Shown piece after piece: positions 11,795 through 25,285 of a stretch of 64,000 nt of DNA. Numbering within the stretch: position 1 is the stretch's first letter; every line of letters starts with the position of its first letter. The position numbers and the translations under genes were made by a program. The DNA is from Camelus dromedarius. Its lineage: Eukaryota. Under the pieces are notes generated by a model. That model did no database searches. It saw only the letters and a list, made by a program, of their open reading frames with translations, and was not told where the DNA came from. The stretch covers positions 101,434,001-101,498,000 of the forward strand of contig NC_087437.1 in NCBI RefSeq assembly GCF_036321535.1. Reading direction: 5' to 3'.

Positions 11795-13000
11795 AAGTTC
11801 AAACTGCAATGAAGACATCAGATACTTACCATCTGAACCCATCAGTTAACCTTAGCATCACTTAAAGTGGAGCAAGCAGATACTTGATGCATCTGCTTGA
11901 CATCATAATTTGATGTCACGTATAAAGTATTATATAATATTCTAGCTATAAAGTTGAATCGAATTTAATCAAGCCTTTTCAAGTAACTTACAGTTTACAG
12001 AAAAAGTGGAGTCACAGGAGTAAGTTAAATAGCACAGCAAAACAATTAGAAAAATTTAGACAACAGGGCATTCTACAGGGCATCTGACGTCAGCAATAAT
12101 TCTATGACACAGGTATAAATGGCTGAGGGATATATAAGGAAAAAATGGGCTTAAGAGACATAAAAGTGCAATTTGTAGACCTTATCAGATCCTAACTTTT
12201 TAATAAACTAAGTGTAAAAAAAAAAAGTAGAAAATCAGAAACGTTTGAGTGTAGAGAGGGTACTGGATAATATAAGAGTTAACGCTATTTTTGTTGTTAG
12301 GCTCGACAACAGCCTGCGGCTGTGTTACGGAATGCTCAGTGTTTAGGTTGGGTACTAAAGAGGCTCCCTCCATTTCTGGATTTCTGACCACTGACATCTT
12401 CTAAACCTCGCTGCTCCCTCTTTCCCTCTACCTCACTTTTGGGAAAGCTGAGAAGAAAGTCAGAATGCCCCCTTAGGTGCTTGTAGGAGATTCAGAACAT
12501 TCAAGCCCATGAACACCTGTAGGAACCTTCACTGCAGCTCCACTCCCTTGATCACAATAAAAATCCTAAGTGAGGCTCTTTCCCTTGCTCTCTCAAGCCA
12601 TTTTCTGGACCAGCTTGAAAAGTGTGTCTTCTCCCTAAAATGCCTTATTATGTGATTATAAATGTTTTTCATACACTTTTGATGTGTTCATATCTTACTG
12701 CATTTGTATCAAGATATTAGTCTTGATATCTGAACCAATTTTGGTGGTGGTAGGGGATCCAGACTGTTTCTCAGAGTATCCACAATACAATGCAATACCA
12801 TGATGTCTAAAATTTATCATAATATGTTTTGAAAGAAAATAAAAAGGAAAGAAAGAGGCAGAAAAAGAAAAAGAAAACAGGAAATAAAAAGGGGTGGACA
12901 AAGTTTAAGCATTGCCACTTGTAAATGTGCTTCAATTGTATGATTTAAGTAACATCAGCGTAATGGTGCAGAGTGTCTCATCTACTCCTCTTCTATTTCT
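11795..13000 (+). mobile_element. Old L1 (L1ME-type) 3' UTR, interrupted by an LTR at ~12323-12786
   Basis: 'accatctgaacccatcagttaaccttagcatcact', 'aatttaatcaagcctttt', 'gaccttatcagatcctaa', then 'catgatgtctaaaatttatc' after the LTR. Confidence 0.6.
12323..12786 (+). mobile_element. Ancient solo LTR (family not determined)
   Basis: Starts 'tgttacggaa'; 'caataaaaatcc', 'cttgctctctcaagccatttt', 'tctgaaccaattttggtgg'; ends 'cagagtatccacaata'. Confidence 0.65.
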
Positions 13001-13839
13001 TGGCAGACTTCACCGCTATAGCATTACCTACTCTTCCTTTGGGGCTTGATATCAGTCCCTATTACATCTACTGACATGTCCAAGTATACACTGCTCTGTC
13101 CTTGCTACCTTGTATGTTGAAGTTAGAACACTCTAAGCTCTAATAAATCGCAGATTTTTTCAAACACCCAGGTCCTTCAAGGGCAGGTCCTTTAAGCACA
13201 CCCCTGGTCTAGCCTCTTTCCTACATAATGGCTGTAATTCTATAATTTCCTGTAATTCCTAGAGGCCATAAGCAGGTTCTACCTGCTCTCCTATTAGACC
13301 ACACAATTTTTTTTTCATCTCTAACTGAGGTTCCTTATGTTATTGTAAAAACAAACAAACAAATACTCTGCAAGATATTCCCTTGGCAAAGTTCCAATCA
13401 AGGGAGTTGGAATAATCCCACTTTACAATGGAATGTTCATATGTTTGTATCTGCCCAACGGTCTGTGTATCATCACTACACAGTGCAGAATTAAGCATCC
13501 TTCACCACTCTCTCAGTCCATTATTTCGCCTCTCAGTGGGCTCCTTCCCAAGTCTGGGAAGAGTTTTAAAGGCTTTTCCAAGCCCGTTAGGGAGTTGAGT
13601 CTCGTTCCATGCTTTATGGTAGAATTCTGTGTTCTGAGCTTACCAAATGTTGGTTCTTGCCTCCACCAATCCCATAAACCTTTTTCTTTTTTGTAAATAA
13701 GAACTTTTGTTTTCACAACTATTCCTGTCAGAGACTATTTTTACAGACTTAACTCGATATCAACTTCTTTATTCTCTGCCAAGGTACCCCACTCTACCTC
13801 TCTTTCCAAACCACTACAAAAGATGCCTCTGTGTACAAA

Positions 13840-13871
13840 GATTGCAAGGCAGCAAGATTGCAAGGCAGCAA
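13840..13871. repeat. 16-bp tandem duplication (agattgcaaggcagca x2)
   Basis: Read directly from the sequence. Confidence 0.9.
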
Positions 13872-14079
13872 GAATAACCACAGACTGAAAAAGCTTCAGA
13901 TTTTATTTCAAAATCTCTCTGTTACATATACTTTTAGGCAATCACATACTCCAGATACTTTAAAAATCCTAGGTGTTCACCAATCTTGACATTATTTATG
14001 TAAACAGGATTGTAAGTTAACTGCAAATGTGTCTAGTAAAAAGATCCTTTAATTTAAAAAAGATTCTTTGCTCATCCAT

Positions 14080-17000
14080 ATATTAATTCATTTATTTCAT
14101 GTAAGAAAAATGTATGTAGTACCCACCATTTAGATATCATTTAAAATTTTTAAAGCTACAAAATTAAATAAAACACATCTCTTTCCTTTAAGGAACTCAC
14201 AGTTGAGAGGGAAAATAGTTTAATAAATAGACAATTATGAGGAAATGCAGAAATAGAGGTCATGTGCAGAGGGTTTTGTATGAACATTGAATACTTGTAA
14301 CTAATCTAGCCTAGGATGGTTAAGTCTATCTTGACCTTGCATTGGAGGAAGTTGGCTAGTTGGAGGGAGAACAGGCAGTCCGAGGTAAGGGGTTATTATA
14401 ATTAGTTGTGGCAAAACCATAAGAAGATGAAAATCAGAAAGCATGTACCAAATGATGAGTGGACTGAGACTTGAGGGACACCAAATGAGGAGATTGGAAG
14501 AGGAATAATCTCACCAGAGGCTGAGAGAGTGTCAGAGAATTTAGAAGTGGAACGTATGGGCTCAAGTGAATTAAGAAAGAACAATGCTTTCCCATCCTTC
14601 AGGTCACAGATTGAGTACAAATTTCTCTAGGTGTCTTTACTGACTCCCATAATAAATTAGGTCCTTCTCTAATACTATATTTAACAATTTTCACAATTAC
14701 AGATTTTTCCTGTAATAACTTGCAAAGTGGTACAATAACTAAAGTTTACCTTTGGTGGTGGGTGAAGTATTTTTCACTAAGATATTACCTTGAAATACAT
14801 TTGGACAACTAAAAAGAAAGGTTAAAATGAATAGTTTCAAGCAAATAAAAAGGTCTAGGATAATGAGTTGAAAATGTAACCTAGATTTATAGTGGGTGAA
14901 CATTGGTGCCTTTAACAGCATTGTTAGTAAAGTGATGGGGGTTGGCTCTAGACTGGAGTGGTTGCAGCATCCATAGGAAGTGAAGAATTGAGGTCAAGAA
15001 ATGTAGACATAGATTGTAGAACTGGATAAGAAGAATAAAAGAACAGTAGTGGGATAACTTTGAAGGTAAAGGCAAGATTTAATTTTTGTTTTGCTTTGTT
15101 TTTTTGTTTTCTTCTTAAGGATAAAAACTTGAATACTCTTTAATGCAAAGTGAAGCCAAATGGGTGTATTATAGATATACACTGGCTTTAGACATGAAGT
15201 AACTTTTATCTTCTAAGGCTAAGGGAACAGGTATACGTATTTAAGTAGAACCGACTTTGTTGTTGTTGTTGTGATAGATATAACCCAAGGGCTTCATTTT
15301 CTCTAGGCATAGAGTAAAGTAATGGTAAAGTATTTGTAGCAAATGGTGAATAATTGGAAGATAGTCTTTTTTAATTGAAGTATAGTTGATTCACAGTGTT
15401 TTAGGTATTCAGCAAAGTGATTCAGTTTTTTAATATATATATATATATATATAAAGGAATATATATATATTCTTTTTCAGGTTCTTTTCCATTACAGGTT
15501 ATTACAAGATATTGAATATAATTCCCTATGTTATACAGTAGGTCCTTGTTGTTTATCCATTTTATATATAGTAATGTGTATCTGTTAGTCACAAATTCCC
15601 AAATTATCCCTCCTACTCCCTTCCCCTACTGGTAACCCTAAGTTTGTTTTCTACGTCTGTGAGTCTATTTCTGTTTGTAAATAAGTTCATTTATATTTCT
15701 TTTAGGTTCCACATTTAAGTGATATCGTATGGTATTTGTCTTTCTCTGTCTAACTTACTTCACTTAGTATGATAATCTCTAGGCCATCCATGTTGCTGAA
15801 AATGGCATTATTAAATTATTTTTTTGTGGCTCAGTAATATTCCATTGTGCATGTGCATCTATATACATATATACATATATATATATATATAGGATATATA
15901 TATATATACACATATATATATGCGCACTTTTTGATGATGGCCATTCTGATCAGTGTGAGGTGGTACTTCACTGTAGTTTTGATTTGCATTTCACTAATAA
16001 TTAGCAATGTTGAGCATCTTGTAATGTGCCTATTGGCCGTCTATATTTCTTCTTTGGAGAAACGTCTATTTAGGTCTTCTACCCATTTTTTGATTGGGTT
16101 GTTTTTTGTCTGTGTTTTGTTTTTTTGGGTTGTTTTTTTTTTTTTGTATTGAGCTGCATAATGGAAGATGGTCTTGATGGGAATAAGAGGTTGATATATT
16201 TAAAAAATAAATCTAAAAACATCTTCGTGGGCATAAGATTCCAACTGGAGTGTAAGTCCACGTTGTTTCTTTCCACAAATCTGTGTAACTGCATGCTTTC
16301 CTCCAATAGTGCTCAACCTCTAGGGATAGTATCAAAGAAAACGGATTGTAGCATTGATACAGAGAAGCCTGGATAAACCTGACACATCATGAAGTGGATA
16401 AAGTGTTGAAAGTGCTGTGATGTTAATGAGTAAGTTCAGCAGGAGTGAACTATGAAAAAACAGAAAGGATGGCAATGTATGAGATACATGAGTTTATATT
16501 TTCTAAGTCTAAGCTCTTCCAGATGCAAGGTATGACTGACATTGCAGTTCGAGTATTCTATGAGTTTTGAAAAGAGTTTTGTGATAGACCTGCCAAAATG
16601 GGAAGTTAAACTGTTCTTAAGAGTTAAGGGTTAAGAGACATAAAAGTGTCTTAGCACAGACATTCAGAGTGATGACAGAAAAATGTGTCTGAATGGTATC
16701 TGAAAGATGTCATGAAACGAAGGATACTTATTGGATGAAAGAAGACAAAGGCCCTTACAGCCAGGCTGGAACTTACAACAGCATATGCATATAACAGGGA
16801 TTCAGAAAAAGAAATAATGATGGAGGGAAAATCTAATCCACTCCTGGCTCTGTGGATCACATCTGATGGGAGTAATGCCATAGTAGGGGACCACAGGAGT
16901 ATGTGTTCTCAGGGGAGAATCAGATTTTAGTCAGAGTAAGCAGGTGGCAGAACTTTATGGAAAAGGTAGACAGTGACTGGGCAACTTTATTCCCAATGAC

Positions 17001-17130
17001 ACAAAGATTCCAAGCAACAGAGGAGAAAGGGCTGGAGAGGAATCAATACTGCAAGTCTCCATGGGATGGGAGATTCAGTGCTATAAGGAGATAAGAAAAA
17101 TGAGACAACATAAAAATTAGTTGAGAATGC
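14080..17130 (-). mobile_element. Long degenerate L2 (3' end into ORF2), interrupted by L1 at 15369-16157
   Basis: Tail 'ttcatttatttc', 'ttaaggaactcacagttgagaggg', 'ttggtgcctttaacagcattgttagtaaagtgatgggg...agactggagtgg', 'ggaatcaatactgcaagtctccatggg'. Confidence 0.55.
15369..16157 (-). mobile_element. 5'-truncated L1 (laurasiatherian/cetartiodactyl type) with internal deletion
   Basis: Begins 'ttttaattgaagtatagttgatt'; ORF2 end 'gatggccattctgatcagtgtgaggtggtac'; TSD ggaagatagtctt (15356-15368) / ggaagatggtctt (16163-16175). Confidence 0.92.
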
Positions 17131-17634
17131 AAGGAGTGGCTCCCCAAGGACAAGAATGATGTGGGGCATGTTTAGAAGTGACTGGAGTCAAATAGGATTA
17201 ATTCTGACAGAAGTCACTTTGGGGCCAGTTTGACTAAGAGTTAATCTCAAATAATACTTGGCCTGCTGAACTGGTACAAATGGGTGACAGCATTCATGTT
17301 CTTAATCAGAGGTGTCTTATTCTTATGGTAGAAATTTTGCAAAGGATCAGACAGACTCTTTTCCTATGTGAGGGATATTTCAAGGTATTCAGAAGAGTAG
17401 AGAGAGCACTGCTTTGAGTGACTGATCCTATTAAAACTGGAAAAAAGAGCTGGAACTTTGTCTTAGGATGGGCATTTGGGGACTATTTTAATTAAAAACC
17501 ATACCTTAAGAATGCTGCTTATTTGAGAAAATGAATATCATCTACCATACACCATAAATAAGCAAATAAAGATGAAAGCAACATAAAACCTAAGTTGTGA
17601 AAGGTAATACTGTTTTTAAATAACAAACTTCAAT

Positions 17635-17740
17635 GGTATATCTTATAGTTTAGTGGTAGGGTGCATACTGAGCATGCTTGAGGTCCTGGGTTCAATCCCC
17701 AGTATATCTATCAAAACAATAATGATAATAATAATAAATA
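17635..17740 (+). mobile_element. tRNA-derived SINE (camelid Vic-type)
   Basis: A-box-like 'tagtttagtgg', body 'gtgcatactgagcatgcttgaggtcctg', B box 'ggttcaatccc', (AAT)n-rich tail. Confidence 0.8.
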
Positions 17741-17786
17741 GTATATAAATGCAATTTCTATCATTTTAATGTATAACTTTGTGATG

Positions 17787-18237
17787 TGTATTAGCATTCT
17801 CTAGAGGCACAAAAAGTAGGATGTTCACAAGTATATAAATATATACATGTATATATATAGATAGACATAGATAGATAGATAGATATAAAGAGATTTATTT
17901 TAAGGAATTGCTTATGTAATTATGGAGGCTGGCAAGTTCAAAATCTGCAGGTTGGGCCAGCAAGCTGGAGACCAAGGAGGAGCTGCTGCTATAGTTCATG
18001 TTCAAAGTTCATTTGCTGCAGAACTGACTGTTCAGAGGAGGTCAATCTTTTGTTGTATTCAGATCTTCAACTGTTTGGCACCCATATTATAGAGGGCAAT
18101 TTGTTTTACTCAAAAATCCAACAATCTGTATGTTAATCTCATCCAAAACACTCTCACAGAAACATCCTGAATAATATTTGACCATATATTTGGGCACCAC
18201 AGCCCAGCCAAGTTGACACATAAAGTTAGCCATCACT
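17787..18237 (-). mobile_element. ERVL solo LTR (MLT2B-like) containing a (TAGA)n tract
   Basis: 'tgtattagcattctctagag', 'aaggaattgcttatgtaattatggaggctggcaagttcaaaatctgcagg', ends 'ccaagttgacacataaagttagccatcac'. Confidence 0.9.
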
Positions 18238-19402
18238 CAGTGGAATTAGTTTACAATCACTGACCATCCCTGAGTTTTATATTTTACATATACATCAGAA
18301 AAAAATCCATTTTTAAACATTTGTATAGCACTGTATAATTACCAACTGTTATGATATATCCTTGAAACTACCCTCCGAAGAGAAAAAGGACTGAAAATAT
18401 GTAAATCTCATTAAGGAACAGAGAGTAGAAGAATCACTCTAATAAGATTTAGAGAAGACTCTCATGGTTTAAAAAGATGTGCAGCATACAACAGCCTGTA
18501 AATTAGCAGAACCAGCCTGGAATGTTAGCCTCCCATCAGAAGTCAAAGACTTAACACATCACCATAGCTGTGCCATAGGGAGAAATATATCTATAGTTGG
18601 AATTAATTTCAAAAGAGTCAGAACATTGAGTCCCTTTAAATTTGGGCAAAGCATCATTCTTCCTTAGAGAGTCAGCATATGGTAGAGAACTGATTAACTT
18701 ATAGCTACTTTAAAGGTACCCACAGGTATTTATGTCAGCAATGTACTAATTACCAGCTACTAATCTAGAGGTGATCTTAATATGGAAATCCTTAATTTGA
18801 AAATAAGGATGACTTCATATTACATTCCAAAGAACGTAATTGTCTTTAAATTGCCCTTCTTTTCTCAGAAGATTTGATCTCTGAAGCCTGAAATGAAACT
18901 TTAACATTTTCAATTAAATCCAAGCCTTCAAGCTTTGATTGAAACTAAGAAAATGATTTGTGAAACTCTTTTAAAACTCCCTCTGAAATAAGCTTCAAGC
19001 TAGTAAAGTTCTAATCTTAACATTTAGACCAGTTATAAAAGAGAGTTACCTTAATACTGAACTTCGGTCATAATAGTCAAGCTATGCCAAAAAGAATGAA
19101 ATATTTTTCAAATTAATCATTAAGATTTTATTTCAATATCTGAAATTTTTTAAAAAGTAAATCGCTTGTTGGTTGCATACATCATTTAGGAGGTGGAAGT
19201 AGTGAAAACAAATAAAATTTTGTTGTCTTCTATTATTTGACATCTAAAATTGTATATACTACACTTCTGATACACATTCTGTATTTTTAGTATTTTCCTA
19301 AATTTTCCTAAGCATTTGGAATATTTCTATTTCAAACACATCTCACACAGCTTTGCATTTTCAGTTTACTCTTTTTTTAACCTCAAAGAGAATGTGAAGT
19401 TT

Positions 19403-19879
19403 ATTTTTTCATACAATTTTTAAAGGTTACTTTCCATTTACAGTGATTACAAAATATTAGCTATATTCCTTGTGCTGTACAGTACATCTTTGTGCCTCCC
19501 ATTCTCCTACCCCTAAATTCTCTGTCCCTGCTCTTCACTGGTAACCACCAGTTTGTTCCCTGTATCTGTAGATTTGCTTCTTTTTTGTTATATTCACTAG
19601 TTTGTTGTATTTTGTTTAGATTCCACATATAAGTAGTTTCATACAGTATTTGTCTTTCTCTGTCTGACTTATTTCATTTAGCACAATGCCCTTCAAGTCT
19701 ATCTATATCGCTGCAAATAGCAAATTTTTCTTTTTTATGGCTGAGTAGTATTCCATTATATATATACCACATCTTCTTTATCCATTCATCTGCTAATAGA
19801 CACTTAGGTTGCTTCCATAACTTGGCAATTGTACTTAATGCTGCTATGAACATTGAGGTACATGTATCTTTTTGAATTT
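19403..19879 (-). mobile_element. L1 3' end fragment
   Basis: 'ttttaaaggttactttccatttacag', 'agattccacatataagt', 'ccacatcttctttatccattcatctg', 'gctgctatgaacattg'. Confidence 0.9.
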
Positions 19880-20172
19880 CAGTTTGCTCTTAACCAAGTG
19901 ATGACATAGTTTGCATTTTTTTCTCCATTCAGAGTGAAGTGCTATAATGGGTTATTTTTTTTCAAGATGTTTAAAATGTGAAAATATCATATAATCATAT
20001 TAATTAATTCTGTTATCTTCCCTATTGTAACAGGAAATTGGACACTACTGCTGATCTTGGAATCCTGCATCATGTTGTTACCAGGCTGTATGCTACAATA
20101 TATATCTCCTTTTATTTGTCTGTTCTTTGACCCTTTATACAATTTATTAGCAGTACTACCATTCCATTTCAC

Positions 20173-20275
20173 TATATATATATACACACACACACACACA
20201 CATATGTATATATATGTATATGCATATGTATGTGTGCATGTATGTATATGTGTGTGTGTGTGTATATATATATAT
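20173..20275. repeat. Compound (TA)n(CA)n(TG)n microsatellite
   Basis: Read directly from the sequence. Confidence 0.95.
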
Positions 20276-23200
20276 TCCTAGTATATTGGCTTCTTTAATT
20301 ATCCCAGAACTGAAACACATTCAGTCAGTCATGAAAATTACGGATTGGTGTATTCTCGCAAGGGTACAACTCTGTGAATTAAGTGTAACAGGTATCAAAG
20401 GAGAATGCAAAGAAAGGTTATTTCTCCACCATAACCTGGACATCTTGCTCAGATTTGCACGTGGCCTTCCTAGTTAAGTGTCGGATTTTTATAGGCTCTC
20501 TTGGAAGTTTGAATCTATATAACATACATGAATGAAGATGATTATGAAAATATTGTAAGACTCAACAAATTCATGTTGCAGTGAAGTCTAAAATGATTTA
20601 TCCTCTTAAATAGTTCCATAAAGCCAAAAGTGGGTTGGTAACAACAATTTAAGTAAAGATGAAACACAAGCCATACATTTTTGTTGTTGGAAGGTAAAAA
20701 ATAGCACACAAAAATTGGTGTTAAATAGAAATAGTTCATTATTTGTGTATAAGCTGAAATTACATTAAATATGAATTTCCAAATTCATTTTAATACATAC
20801 ACTAGGGTATTATATATTATGAAGAGTTGCCATGTTGACACATTTCATTCTTCTATAATGCTGGAATTTATTATCTTTATCTCCAATAGAAACTTCATGA
20901 AGAATTAGATTTAAGCTTTTGGAAATAAATAAATGTGATGTGATCACACAGGCTCTAAGCTCCAGTGGTCATTCGTCTATTTGAAAATTAAAACTATTTA
21001 TGATTATTTATTATAAAATAAAAATAATATCTGTATAGGGAAAGTGTCAACATATTTGAAAGTAACTAACATCACTAGAGTTTTCTGTTAAGTGATTTCT
21101 TCTGAGACCGCTCCTCCCCATGACTTCATATTGTATTTGTTTACATTTTGACTATGGTCACCCTACGTCAGTTTGTACCATGCTAGAAGAATTCACCTCA
21201 GAAAGTCAAACCTGAATATTATTGTTCTTATTAAAGTTATCAAAGAGATGTGACCTTGTACTTCATCCTACTAACTTACACAAATAACGGATGTATGCTG
21301 TTTCTAAATCAGGTGTTTAATATTCAAATATTTCCAGTGACTGGAATAAATCACCCGTTTCATATCTTAATCTAGTACCAAATGCATGGCCATCATTTTG
21401 TGCTTAAATATAGATCTACTAGAATACCAATAATTTAACATGGTAGTTAAATATTCTGGTCATGTTAGTATTGACTTAAAAAAAGCTTCTATCCCATATT
21501 TTTGCATATTCTATATTTTATGACTTTGTGAGGTTTTTTTTTTAGTACTCTGAGATTAGCTCAAAGTAAAAAAAAGAAAAAAAAAAGGTAAGATTGAAAG
21601 TTGTGGTAACTCCAGAATATTTTCAAAGTGAGAAAAATCTAGCAGTGTAAACCTCCAAACTTTAACATTTATATCATCTCATATAATTAATGTTACATAT
21701 AAATTAGCATACATATGAATATCCTTCTTTATGTATAATTTGTGATCTTTCCAAATAACCGAGATAACTTACTACAAGTCACATATACACTAATGCACTG
21801 CTGTTAAGAATAAAGGATCTTAGAATTTATTTCTCAGTTGAAGGGTTAACTGTAATAGGAATAAGAAATGAAAATAGGCACTTGAAATTGAGCACTTATA
21901 CTCTGATAAACAGCCTAACAAATCAGGAAAGAAGAAAAAGGAAAGAAAAGGATAAATTTGAAAGACAATTAGAAAGGAAGGAATGAAGATATAAGAACAG
22001 AAGAGCAAATTACAATAAATTTCATTGTACTCATTTTCAATTTAAAAATTCATAAAAACTCAGAGGGGAAATTTTTTGGAGATAAAATGTTAGAAGTCAT
22101 TGATTCTTGCATTTTAATATGCATCCTGCTTTCTGTCTTTTATCCTATTCTTATCTGCATTCATTTTAAAAATTTTCATCCTGTTCTTATATTATCTTTT
22201 TTTTTCCCCTGGAGAGTTTTTGTTCTCTGTTTTTCCAGTTTAATTATAAATAGCTCCCCCAATATCCCTGAATACAGCAAAAGCACAACAAATTATATGG
22301 TCACCCTAAACAAATGTGAGACTGAATAGACATGAACAGTGTTTCCAACACATTTCTTCATGAAATACATAAATATTCTTTAAGTGACTACTGGAAAAAA
22401 GCAGTTAAAAAAAAGAAGCTACAAAAGGAAAGGTCTTGACGTGAAACATTTTGAAACAAAGTTCAAAATATGTTGTTTTATCTCTGCCCTCATTCAGATC
22501 TCCCTGATCTCTTATCTGAATTAATGGAATCTATTTTCTACTCCCCCCAAATTCATCTACCATATCCAATAATACAGATATGGTTGTGTCAATTCTCTTT
22601 AAAAAGGAAAAAGAGAGAGAAGATATTGAAACAATCATTTAAATAGATATATAATATCCAAATTCTGAAGCTTGAAAGTGAAAATTATCTCACCCATCAC
22701 ACACTACCACACCCTCTCCACCCTAGACACCTAGTACTATTCTTGGTTCTCTGAACATGTCAAGTAATACCTCAACTCTGTGTTTTTGGACAGATGGATA
22801 CCACAGGCTGGAGTGTCCTAATCTCATGCTACACTGCCTGCCATGTGTACACCTCAACTTCTTTATCTACTTGGTATAATATGTTTTCATATTCAGGGAC
22901 CATCTCAAATGTTACTCCCCAAACTATAAATGTATCTTTAATTTCGCCAAACAACCTGCACAAGTTAATATGTGTTTTATTGTAAGCAGCCCAAATCTTC
23001 TCTGGATTGGAGAGTAGGTAAGTAGAAGGGGGCAGGATCTGAAATCCTGTTTATTAAAATTGAAAGACCCTGAATGGATACAAGGTATTGAAGTAAGGAT
23101 CTTAACACTTTGTGATATTTTGGAGGAAGTTATTTGGTCACAAAAAAGAAAAAATCATTTTAAAAGAAAAAAAAAACAATGGAATTAATCACTATCTCAC

Positions 23201-23546
23201 TACCTTTACTTTCAAAGAAGCATTTATCAATTGTGATTCATTACAAAACTGAAAATTGCTTAGATTAAGAAATACATTAATAGAATATATGTAATTAACA
23301 AGTAAATAAAAGGATTATGATGAAAAGATACTTAATTATCATAAATAAAACTGAGAATAAAACAAAATCATTTCTGAAGGTAAGATCAATATGTTTTTGT
23401 TTTGTTTTTCTGAAAAGAACACTAGTGAATTAAATTCAAGGTAAAAGTTAAATATGATCACGTTATAGAAATTTAAGTACATTGAAGAAGGAAAACAGAA
23501 AGTTAAAAACACTCAGCAGGCATAAAATAAAAATTTATATGCCACC

Positions 23547-23938
23547 TGTTTTAGTCAAGATAGCACTAGCAGATTGAGATAAAATTTTAGTGTCTCCCAA
23601 AAATGGAAATTTATTTCCTACTCATGAAAGTCCAAAGTAGTTCTTCTTATCCTGAGAACAGCAAGTGATGGTTTAAAAATCTAAACTCATTTCATCTTGT
23701 AGCTCCGCCATCTTCAATGCAGGGCTTCCAAGGAGAAAGAACATAGGAAAATAATGTGAATTTTTTCTATGAGTCATGTCCAGATGTAGCGCACATCAAA
23801 TAGGTGCATTTTCCATTGACCAGAACTTGTTCACAGCGCCAACCCAACTGTAGGAGAATCTGGGAAATACAACCTAGCTGTGATGTCAGAAGACAAAGAA
23901 AATTTTATTGGAGAATAACCAGTTCATCTTTGCCGTAC
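23547..23938 (-). mobile_element. Old MaLR solo LTR (MLT1I/J-like)
   Basis: 'ttcatcttgtagctccgccatc', 'ttccattgaccagaact', 'ccaactgtaggagaatctgggaaatacaacctagctgtg'. Confidence 0.7.
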
Positions 23939-24270
23939 TATCTAATTTAATTCGTAATAAAACTGAAATCGTAATTTCAAAAGTAAACGAATTTTAAAAT
24001 CAAAAACATTATTCATCTAGGAAGTCTTGAAGGTTTGAGATTCAAAAGAAAGATATTATGCTGCCAAACTTTAAAACATACCCTTTATTTTTCACATTAA
24101 CTTAGTGATATGGGCTGGGCTTTAGATTACCAATAAAAAAAAGGATAATTCTTCTACAAAAAGAAAACCTTATGTTTCAACAACTACAGAAGCTATATGT
24201 GATCAAAGTGATAGTCTAGTTGACAGGGTGGCACCACAGAAAGTATGATTTTGTGGTATGGTGTAATGGA

Positions 24271-25095
24271 TGTTGTGATGTACTGGACATACACGTATCC
24301 TTTCAAGACTAACAGATTTATTTCCGTATTTACTGGCATATATCTGGCTGACAACTTTTAGCTGGCAGTTCTCTATGGAAATTGCCTTGGTGATAAAGAG
24401 CTGCCTTGGCTATGACCGAGCTCCCTCACCAAGGGCAGCATGCATTCAAAGGCTGTTTGATGCAGTGATATAAAAGGCCTCCATGCCTCATCTTGAAACA
24501 ACTCTGAAGGGCCATTCCAGTTAGGCTGACACATGTTCTGAGGTTGTATCACATCCCAAGTTATCCCTTGGCTTAATACTTAATTATTTTTTATTAACCC
24601 ACAAGGAAGCACTTTCTGACAAATTTCTTTTTTTTTTAAACCCAATTATAGAATTCACTGATTTTAGTATATTTACAGAATTGTGCAACCATCACCATAG
24701 TCAATTTTTAAATATTTCCATGACACAAAAAGAAATTCTGTATCCATTTCTAGTTATTTAATGTTTTCCCCCAATCTCCTCAGTCTTTGGCAACCACTGA
24801 TCCAATTTCTGTCTTTATAGCTATGCCTATTCTGGAAATTTCATATAAATGCAATTGTATAATATTTGGATTTTTTAATGGTTGTCTTTCTTCACTTAGC
24901 ATACTGCTTCAAGGTTCTTCTAAACTATACCATGTATCAGTACTTCACTCCTTTTTATTGCTGAATAATATTCAACTATATGTATATGCCACATTTTATT
25001 CATTTACTTATCTGATAAACGTATTATATCCTAATCTTTTCTGCTAACTGATCTCCATCTCAGAACCTTCTTCCAATGAGACCCAGTTGGCAAAA
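24271..25095 (+). mobile_element. LTR16-type ERVL solo LTR split by an L1MB fragment
   Basis: 'tggaaattgccttggtgataaagagctgccttgg', 'acaactctgaagggccattccag'; resumes 'atctccatctcagaaccttcttcc' at ~25050. Confidence 0.75.
24627..25025 (-). mobile_element. L1MB-type 3' UTR fragment
   Basis: poly-T then 'ttttagtatatttacagaattgtgcaaccatcacca', 'gcctattctggaaatttcatataaatg', 'tatcagtacttcactcctttttattgctgaataatattc'. Confidence 0.85.
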
Positions 25096-25104
25096 ATGGT
25101 TAGG

Positions 25105-25285
25105 CTCAAGGATAATTTCTTATCTACTTAGCAGCTGAATTATGCTAGATACATCATTTAGCTTCTCTGAGCCTCACGTTTGTCATGAACAAAATTGAAA
25201 TATGAATGATTCTATCATAAGATTGTTTAACGAGATAACATATTATTCAGCACTTAGAAAATAAATCCATTATACTAATTTGTAT
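25105..25285 (+). mobile_element. MIR SINE
   Basis: 'tttagcttctctgagcctcacgtttgtcatgaacaaaat...tcataagattgtt' core. Confidence 0.7.

Noticed and set aside
17645..17705. tRNA gene
   Set aside because: A and B boxes are present but there is no acceptor-stem pairing and an A-rich tail follows; it is a SINE.
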